A DNA stretch of 64,000 nucleotides from Eledone cirrhosa (taxonomy: Eukaryota): contig OZ024747.1 in the NCBI GenBank assembly GCA_964016885.1, forward strand, positions 50,530,001-50,594,000, given 5' to 3'. Shown here one piece after another: positions 54,613-64,000 of the stretch. How positions within the stretch are numbered: position 1 is the stretch's first letter; each line of letters opens with the position of its first letter. Both the position numbers and the translations under genes were made by a program. The notes beneath the pieces were generated by a model that saw nothing but the letters and a program-made list of their open reading frames with translations, did no database searches and was not told where the DNA came from.

Positions 54613-54683
54613 TTTTCACCTGAAGAAGGGCTTATGCCCGAAACGTCGTTCCCCACAATCACCCCACTCTAAAGAGCGTGAAA
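54613..54683 (+). ncRNA. Hammerhead core in a pLTR-like 3' end
   Basis: CUGAAGA-A-GGGC(UUAU)GCCC-GAAACGUC. Stem I partner GUGAAA is displaced to 54678. AATAAA then (TA)n follow. Confidence 0.65.
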
Positions 54684-54734
54684 CTAATAAACCTTTGTTC
54701 GTACTGCCTCTCTGTTTTGTTCCCGTTCAATTTT

Positions 54735-54818
<84 letters not shown>

Positions 54819-54822
<4 letters not shown>

Positions 54823-55004
54823 AAAAAGTATGACCCCGACGGCAGAGCTCAAGCCGTTTCGACGCTGTTTCCAGAAATAGCCGGCGAAACGGCTTGAGCT
54901 CTGCCGTCGGGGTCATACGTTTTCCTATATTCCCACTCTACTACCCTAAGTATTGAGTACTCTGGTGCGTTATGCTCCATCTGGTTCCTTACCACAATTC
55001 CTTT

Positions 55005-55007
<3 letters not shown>
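54819..55007 (+). mobile_element. Fold-back element (HHR-derived family)
   Basis: Hairpin followed by the unique tail. Confidence 0.9.
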
Positions 55008-55059
<52 letters not shown>

Positions 55060-55063
<4 letters not shown>

Positions 55064-55688
55064 GTTCACTCTTGAGTGCTACTGATAGTATGTAATCCAG
55101 CACAACCTGTTGTATGGTCGGGTCGTCGGTGACTCAACCGGCAAACCCAACAAGTTTACTTGGAGAGGAGGGTGATTTTGGACACCCTGCAAGCCAAAAA
55201 ACAAAACCTGACAAAGGGCGGAAGAACTCATAAGAGTCAACGGCCATCCAAAATGTGTAAATATGTATATACACATGTACATATGTATGTATGTATATGT
55301 GTATATGCATGGGTGCATGTGCATGTATATGCGCGGGGACATAGAAAAGGTCGGGCTGGATACCCGATCGCGCAGTTAAACCACTGGGAGTGAAGGACCC
55401 CCTAGCCTTTGTCAGGGAATTCTTCTAGGAGAAGGCAACTCAGGAAACTGGGATAACTCCGATATAAAACCTACGGCTCAGTAGTTACCGATGATGTTGA
55501 TCTTTTCTTCTTTTCGGGTTATAGCTACTGTCGCTCAGAGAGTGGGATTGGCTCAGTGCACAGTCTTTCCTCACTTAAAAAAAATATCTTCACGCACAGG
55601 CATTGCACGATAGAATTAATTAAGAATTATTAATAATAATAATGGTATATCGTGCAATGGTCATATTCGATAACGAGGGGGCAACCAT

Positions 55689-55689
<1 letters not shown>
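55060..55689 (+). mobile_element. RTE-derived bipartite short element type A with extended 5' part
   Basis: 55060-55255 is homologous to 31126-31320; 55331-55689 matches 30660-31009. Confidence 0.85.
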
Positions 55690-55745
<56 letters not shown>

Positions 55746-55751
<6 letters not shown>

Positions 55752-56146
55752 ATATTAAATAAATGGAAACATTATTTATAAAACCATATTTATTTTATTA
55801 TATATATTTCGAGGGTACCAAGACTTTGGTACGCTATCATCAGATAAAATACAATATGTTTTATAAATATTTGACATAACCAAGGATAATATATATGTAT
55901 GTATATATGTATATATATCCTTTCTAGGGATAACTTGAACTATCAAATATTTATAAAACATTTTGTATTTTATCTGATGATTCCGTACCCTTCAAATATA
56001 TATAATAAAATAAATATGGTTTTATAAATATAGTTTCCATTTATTTAATATCATTGAATATTTACTCCAGAATACTGTCGAGTGCTCTGAATCAGTTTTA
56101 AACATTTATATTTGTTGTATTTCCAACAAATTAAATATCCCTTCTA

Positions 56147-56150
<4 letters not shown>
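55746..56150. mobile_element. PLE pLTR inverted-repeat insertion with HHR (55791-55851, -)
   Basis: 55746-55875 matches the reverse complement of 55943-56057; UAUUUUAU-CUGAUGA..GUACCAA/UUGGUAC..GAAA-UAUAUA-UA-AUAAAAUA. Confidence 0.8.
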
Positions 56151-56200
<50 letters not shown>

Positions 56201-56219
56201 TATATATATATATATATAT

Positions 56220-56295
<76 letters not shown>

Positions 56296-56309
56296 ATATA
56301 TATATATAT

Positions 56310-56413
56310 AACGGAGGAAATGTGGTAAGGAACCAGGTGGACCATAACTCATTAGTCCAGAATTAGCCGTCGAAACGGCTTGAGCTCAGCCGCCGGGGTC
56401 CTACTCGTTCCTA
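56310..56413. mobile_element. Internally deleted fold-back element
   Basis: Start of the tail joined to the short arm. Confidence 0.8.
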
Positions 56414-56692
56414 TATATATATATATATATATATATACGTTCTCAGCAATGAATACACGATCTCCTCATTTGATTTCTACATTGTTTTAAAATGTGTTCT
56501 TTATATCCTGTACTGGAGATCCTGTTGATAGTTGATTCTGAATCAGCAACCTAAATCTGTGTCTAATCCAGATATTGTTACTGTAGATTGTGAGGCAGCT
56601 ACCAAACGCTGCTTGTAATTCCATATTATCTCACAAAGCTTTTACTCCAATTATTGTATTATGTTTTAACTTATTATTTTTCTTTTGTTAAG

Positions 56693-56880
56693 GGCGGTAG
56701 ATTGGCAGTATCGGTAGAGGGTCGGACGCCATGGTTTGCAGCACAGTTACCTCCCTTTACGGTCTGAGTTCAAATCCCGCCGAGGTTAACTTTGCCATTC
56801 ACCCTTACGGGGTCTATAAAATAAAATACCAGTAATACACTGTTATAATTGCTGGCCTTGTGCCAAATGTAGAATCAATT
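56693..56880 (+). mobile_element. SINE (3882 family)
   Basis: Full head, core and tail. Confidence 0.85.
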
Positions 56881-57330
56881 ATTTTTCTTTTGTTATTTGA
56901 ATTTTTCGTAAATCGATTAAGAGTTTATTTGTTTTATTTTAGATCCAGTTCATAAGCGGTATTTTATAGGAAAACAATAATTAACTAATATTCAATTATA
57001 GATTTTAGAAAAAAAAAGGCGAAAAAATATACGAGGGAAATAGATAAAAATAAAAATAACATGGATGAGAAATGGCAAGGAGTCTAATAGTATACTCTTG
57101 TCTTGACGATATATCTCAGTTGCACCTCGTGAACAAGATGGAGATAGTATTTCTGGGGAGAACAACCGGTTTTACCCGCTGCATCAGCAATTTCCTCTCA
57201 AGGTGAGATGTATTCTTCCCAATTTGGCGGAGGAAAACATCAATCTGCGAACGGAGGATACTGGAAATTTTGATGAGTTTAAATACACGAGAGAAGTTAT
57301 TCACGATAAGGCTATCAATTTTATGGGTAT

Positions 57331-57638
57331 CAAATTTATTTTTAAGGCATATATTTTATATTCTATACTAACATCAAATTTATTTTTAAGGCATATATTT
57401 TATATTCTATACTAACATCAAATTTATTTTTAAGGCATATATTTTATATTCTATACTAACATCAAATTTATTTTTAAGGCATATATTTTATATTCTATAC
57501 TAACATCAAATTTATTTTTAAGGCATATATTTTATATTCTATACTAACATCAAATTTATTTTTAAGGCATATATTTTATATTCTATACTAACATCAAATT
57601 TATTTTTAAGGCATATATTTTATATTCTATACTAACAT
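57331..57638. repeat. 44-bp perfect tandem repeat x7
   Basis: CAAATTTATTTTTAAGGCATATATTTTATATTCTATACTAACAT. Confidence 0.97.
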
Positions 57639-58052
57639 CTGCAGTCAGGGCCTTATTTATTGGGGGGCAAAAAGGGAAATTCCGCCGGACCCCCTGCAGT
57701 GGGGAACCCCATTAGTTTGCGGCCGTAGCAATTTATGTGTGTCCTCAGTTGGGATTTTGAGTTTTAGGATGGTTAGAACTTTTAATTTAGTAACTGTATG
57801 TATAACTTTTCGATTCCAATTACATGTGCCAAGCTAACTTTGATATGTAAAATTGGGTTTTTGCTGTGTATTCTAAATGTTGTGTATGAGAGCCTCCCCC
57901 CCATAAAATGTTCTTTCACCCCAGTTCTAAATCCAACTCTGTCTGCAGTACATAGTGAGCTATTTGATTCCCAATCGTTATTGTGTACATGAACCAGACA
58001 ATATTTGAACAAATATCCTTAATTTTTCTTCTGCGCTTATATGTGAATATAA

Positions 58053-58198
58053 TTGTTTCTACGTTAGGCACAAGTGTATTACTGGTACTTTATTTTATCG
58101 ACCCCGTAAGGATGAAAGGCAAAGTCAACCTCGGCGGGATTTGAACTCAGACCGTAAAGCATGGCGTCCGACTCTCTACCGATACTGCCAATCCACCA
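58053..58198 (-). mobile_element. SINE (3882 family)
   Basis: Reverse-complement core and head. Confidence 0.85.
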
Positions 58199-58794
58199 AT
58201 ATGTGACTATAATATTCGTAGATAACAAAATATATTACAGTAGTGAATAACACCTCTCATTATTCAAATATGATAAAGGGGGTGAATTTCCAGTACCGGT
58301 AGAGCGTCGGAAACACTCCTTCACGGCACAGAGCTACGGCCCTTTACGTTTTGAGCTCGATGTAGACGGAAATTGTGAAGCTCTGTCGGATGGATTACAT
58401 CTATAATTCAAAGGTCGAGCCCTGTCTCATTCATTCTATCACGTTGATTCAATCTGGGAATTACGTTCAGGGTGCACGCGTTAATATTAGAGCGTTCAGC
58501 TGGTTGAACGACTCAATGCTCGCTGACAGAACATCCACCAACATCTCATGCCCTTGCTGCCATTTCTTTACCATTTATAATTACTACGTTTCTGTCGCGT
58601 TTTTAACTACCGACGAGATCTTCATAATTTCATGATCATCTAACTGAAACACTCACTCCATAGAACTACCATCATTGTTGGCCTTATTTTCTTTTTCTTT
58701 TACTTTGGAAGGGGGTGGGGTAGCTGAATTGGTAAGAGTCCTTAGAGCGTTAGATTAAAAACCTAATATTTCTACTAGTTTTCTGCGCTTTAAA

Positions 58795-58848
<54 letters not shown>

Positions 58849-59315
58849 CAGTAACTATATATTGCAACTACTACTATCAAAACCAAATCCACTGGAACTA
58901 ATAGAAAAAAAGCAGTGAATTTCCACCTGAAAAAGGATCAATGTAAATAACAGTCCTGACTGCGAATAAGAAGGATATGTCATGGCTGGAACGATTTGGT
59001 AATAGATTTAATCAAACCACGGTTGACTTGGGGTTAAACAACCACAACACGTGGTCAATCGGTCTGTTAGAAACAGCAGTCAAATCCAGTCAAATCACAC
59101 TCTACTATTCTCGAGAAAGGAAAGACATATCATATATATATATATATATACGCCTAAATTGACATGATGGTCATAGTTGGAATGACTATGATCATAGGTC
59201 TGCTAAATCGAGGTTTGACAACATCGATAACACCCCCACCCCCACCTCCACCCCCACCACCTCCACCACTAAAAGCAAGAATAGCTACAAACCACCATCA
59301 CCATCACCCCCACTC

Positions 59316-59346
<31 letters not shown>

Positions 59347-59519
59347 CAACAACGAGGCATCTTCTACATTATCGATGGATTTACTAGAAATAGCAGCCGA
59401 ATGTCACTTAAATTACAGACGATCAACTTAAAAAGGAAGGACACGTTGGATAATGTGGTCATCTCTCCCATGGTGTGGTCACGGATGGAATGTCTTTGAA
59501 CCTGTTGACCTAGGGTTAA

Positions 59520-62370
59520 ACAACAACATTACCACCGACACGACCACCACCAGCAACAACATCGCCGTCAACTCCATCACCATCACCATAATTACCACTA
59601 TTAACACCACTTCCACTACCACCGCCACCATCACCACCACCACCGTCACTAGCAACACCATCAACACCACCACCACCACCACCACCACTACTCCCACCTC
59701 CACCTAGACCACCACCACCACCACTAACTCTACCACTACTCCCACCACTACCACCACCATCACCACCATCACCACCACCACCATCACCACCATCATCACC
59801 ACTACCTCTACCACTACTCCCACCTCCACCTCCACCACCACCACACCACCACCACCACCACACCACCACCACCACCACCACTATCTCTACCACTACTCTC
59901 ACCACCACCACCATCACTACCATCATCACCACTATCTCTACCACTACTCCCACCACTACCACCACGATCACCACCATCACCACCATCATCACCACTACTC
60001 CCACCACTACCACCACCATCACCACCACCACCATCACCACCACCACCACCACCACCATCACCACCACCACCACCATCACCCCTATCTCTACCACTACTCC
60101 CACCACCACCACCGCCACCACTATCTCTACCACTACTCCCACCACTACCACCACGATCACCACCATCACCACCATCATCACCACTACTCCCACCACTACC
60201 ACCACCATCACCACCACCACCATCACCACCACCACCACCACCACCATCACCACCACCACCACCATCACCACTATCTCTACCACTACTCCCACCACCACCA
60301 CCACCACCACCACTACCTCTACCACTACTCCCACCACCACCACCACCACCACCATCACCACCACTATCTCTACCACTACTCCCACCACCACCACCACCAC
60401 CACCACCACCACCACCACAATCACCACCACTATCTCTACCACTACTCCCACCACCACCACCACCACCACCACCACCACCACCACCACCATCACCACCACT
60501 ATCTCTACCACTACTCCCACCACCACCACCACCACCACCACCACCACCACCATCACCACTATCTCTACCACTACTCCCACCACCACCACCACCACCACCA
60601 CCATCATCACCACTATCTCTACCACTACTCCCACCACCACCACCACCACCATATATGAAATCAACAAGAACAACTTCAACAGTATGTAATTGCATGCCAA
60701 GTGAGTGGGTGGAGACCGAACCGCCTACCACCCTCTAGTGAGTGAGGTGGTAGTAGAACAGGGAGAGGGGGTATAGAAAGGGGTGGCTGGTTACATGTAG
60801 TGTATTGGTAGAGAGGGAGTTTAAAGTGGTGTCAGGTAGGAGAGTCAAACGGGTATTAAAGGGGTGGGAGATAGCATGAGAGATACAGTGGCGATGAAGA
60901 GAACCTACCCAGGTGTTACAGTAGCAGCTAGCGGCAAACATGTTACGGGGAGATTGAATGTGGAGGGAAGGTGGTAGTAGCAGCTATCGACTACTAGGAT
61001 GTTATTAAGGGTGGATTGGTGGGGATGGAGTTGACGGTGGTGGTGGTGGTGGTGGTGGTGGTGGTGGTCGTGGTTGTGGTGGTCGTGGTGATGGTGGTCG
61101 TGGTGATGGTCGTGGTGGTTGTGGTGGTGGTGGTGGTGGTGATGGTGGTCGTGGTGATGGTCGTGGTGGTTGTGGTGGTGGTGGTTGTGGTGGTGGTGGT
61201 GATGGTGGTGGTGGTTGTGGTGGTGGTGGTTGTGGTGATGGTGGTCGTGGTTGTGGTGGTGGTGGTGGTGGTCGTGGTTGTGGTGGTGGTGGTTGTGGTG
61301 GTGGTGGTGGTGGTGGTGGTGGTGGTGGTGGTGGTGGTGGTGGTGGTGGTGATGGTGGTCGTGGTGATGGTCGTGGTGGTTGTGGTGGTGGTGGTTGTGG
61401 TGGTGGTGGTTGTGGTGATGGTGGTGGTGGTTGTGGTGGTGGTGGTTGTGGTGGTGGTGGTCGTGGTGATGGTGGGTGTGGTGGTGGTCGTGGTCGTGGT
61501 TGTGGTTGTGGTGGTGGTGGTTGTTGTGGTGATGGAGTTGACGGTGGTGTTGGTGGTGGGGGTTGTGGTGGTGGTTGTGGTGGTAGTGGTGGTTGTAGTG
61601 GTGGTGGTGACGGGGTGTGATGGTGGTCGTGGTGGTGGTTGTGGTGGTGGTGGTGGTTGTGGTGGTGGTGGTTGTGGTGGTGGTGGTGATGGAGTTGACG
61701 GTGGCGTTGGTGGTGGTGGTTGTGCTGGTGGTGACGAGGGGTGATGGTGGTCGTGGTGATGGTTGTGGTGGTTGTGGTGACGGGGGTTTGATGGTGGCGG
61801 TGGTGAGTGGTGATGCGGGAGGTGATTGTGGTGGTGGTGTTGATGGTGATGGTGGTGATGGTGATGCGGGAGGTGATTGTGGTGGTGGTGGTGTTGATGG
61901 TGGTGGTGGTGATGATGATAGCGGTGGTGGTGATAGTGGTGTTGGTGATGGTGGTGTTGGTGATGCTGATAGTGGTGGTGGTGGTTGTGGTGTTGGTGGT
62001 GGTGGTGGTGGTGGTGTTCATGGAGGTCGAGGTGGTGGTGGTGGTGATGGCGATGATGATGATGGTGTTGGTGGTGATGGCGTAGGTGGTAGTGACGGTG
62101 CTGGTGGTGATGGCGGTGGTGGTGGTGGTGATGATGTAGGTGGTGTAGGTGGTAGTGATGGTGATGGGGTGATAATGGAGGGGTGGTGGGGGTGCGAGTG
62201 GTAGCAGTGGTGTTGGTGGTGATGGTGGTAGTAGTGGTGGTTGTGATGGTGATGGTGGGGGTGGTGATGGTGTGATGTGGTGGGGGTGGTGGTGGCGGGT
62301 GATGGCGGGGTGGTGATAGTGGTAGTGATGGTGGTGGTGATGGTGGTGGTGGCGGTGGTGGTGATGGAGA
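59520..62370. repeat. (CAC)n array 59520-60650 and (GGT)n array 61016-62370
   Basis: Direct reading. Confidence 0.95.
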
Positions 62371-63165
62371 AAAACAACAGCTTGTGCAGCAATGGTACCC
62401 AGTCATTTTACTACCAAATCTCCCCCTTTTTTACTTGTATGTATTTTCCCACAAACCCTTTGCTGCTACTACTTCACATCCAGTTTGTTATAAATTGAAT
62501 ATAACGATAAATAACGATCGAAAAAAGTGACATTTTTATACCTGGAGAAGAATGGAGATCCAATAAATATATGAATAGATTACATTCTTAAAGTATTTGA
62601 AAATTAGAAAAATCATTGATTGACACCCAGTAGTACATTTACGGAGAACCCCAGGGACGACAGATTTAAGGTTGGAAACCGCTGAAGTAGTGGCAACTAT
62701 GTGTGAATTTACGGGTGAATTTATGGTGGTAGGGAGGTGGTCTAGATGGTGGAATAGCTGTGAAGAATTACGACAAGGAGAACAGTTTTTTGTGGTAAAA
62801 AAAAAAGGAGAGGGAGAAATGGAGAGAAAGAAGGCGAGGAAGAGGAAGTAGAATGAATGGGAAGAGAGAGAAAGGGAGAGGGGGAGAGAGAGAAAGGGAG
62901 AGAGGGGGAGAGAGGGGAGATGAAGAAAAGAGAATAAGCGGAGAAGGGGTGAAAACGAAAGAGGAGATGAGTGAAAGATGGATAGGATAAAAAGGAGAGG
63001 AAAGGGAAAAGAAGGAAAAGGGATGAAATAAAAAAAAGAAGAGGAGAAAGAGGGAGTTATAGATATCAATTTGGAGACTGAGGGAGAGTGATGATATATA
63101 TAGAGAGAGAGAGAGACAGATAAATACATAGACAGGTAGTTATTTAGATAGATATATTTCTTTAT

Positions 63166-63202
<37 letters not shown>

Positions 63203-63317
63203 AAAGCTATACCCCTATAATGTGAGAAGATGCAAGCAAGTAAGTTAGAGATAGGAATATATTTATTGAAGTGAGAGGGGAATAAAACTATTAGAAAACT
63301 AAAGCGAAGATAGAACA

Positions 63318-63389
<72 letters not shown>

Positions 63390-64000
63390 ATGTGAAAGAG
63401 TGAGAAAGGGAGAGAGGGTGGTAGAGTAAGAAAGGAAGAAAATAAGGGACGAGAGTTAAGAGAAAGGGTATATATATGATAGAGATATAACGAAATCGAA
63501 AAACGGAAGTGATTGAATAGGAGAGAGAGAGTGAGAGAGAGTGAGAGAGAGAGTGAGAGAGAGAAAGAGAGAGAAAGAGAGACAGTTGTAACGTGAAATA
63601 TTACAGAATCTAAAGGAACAAATGATGCGAGATTTTTAAAAAAAATCACGGTTTGGAACAGTAAAATGTTGTGAATATCATAGAAGAGTCAAGCTGACCG
63701 GAACTTGGTGACAAATAGAGATTTTTTTTTACAGTAGTACAGCAATCGAATGTTACCCATGGCAACCCTTAAATCATTTGAGCGTTGGACAAAATACAAT
63801 GTCACCCATACTGTAGATTGCTTCAGGATCAATTCAGATTGAGATGATCTTCCATTATAGACAACCTAGCCGTGGCAATTCCGCAGAATCGCATGAGTGT
63901 TGGATAATATGTCTTTGCAGCATTTATTCCAGTTCTTTACGCACTTAGTTCAAACTCCGTTGAGCTCAATTCATTCAGAGTGGATGAATTAAATTACCAG

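Noticed and set aside
57107-57415. About 100-codon open frame / possible exon 57120-57202
   Set aside because: Weak acceptor, no recognisable protein, and it runs into a minisatellite.
59516-62406. Gly-rich, Thr-rich and His-rich ORFs
   Set aside because: Products of (CAC)/(GGT) arrays that are open in several frames.
62628-62684. hAT-like terminus (AAGGTTGGAAACCGCTG)
   Set aside because: No matching opposite TIR or TSD found.

Overview
This is eukaryotic, gene-poor, repeat-saturated DNA. The extreme (TA)n/(TATG)n/(CA)n content and the SINE types suggest a coleoid cephalopod such as Octopus, but that is an inference. No intact host gene is recognisable, and most ORF-track entries are microsatellite artefacts. 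Retroelements present: a near-intact RTE LINE (APE, RT, three C2H2 fingers, one in-frame TGA) with its internally deleted bipartite derivatives; R4-like RLE LINE fragments; Tx1/L1-like fragments; tRNA-derived SINEs; and many Penelope-like element (PLE) remnants. Non-autonomous Helitrons are also present. The main hidden signal is an unusual density of type I hammerhead ribozyme (HHR) motifs, about 15 from roughly 11 distinct sequence families, several with intact cores. They occur in retrozyme-like direct repeats and in inverted-repeat insertions. In addition, a 9-copy family of TA-embedded fold-back elements looks like hammerheads snapped back at stem II: stem III and the GUC cleavage site are kept but the CUGANGA core is lost. 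All structures were read by eye; no folding or database search was run.
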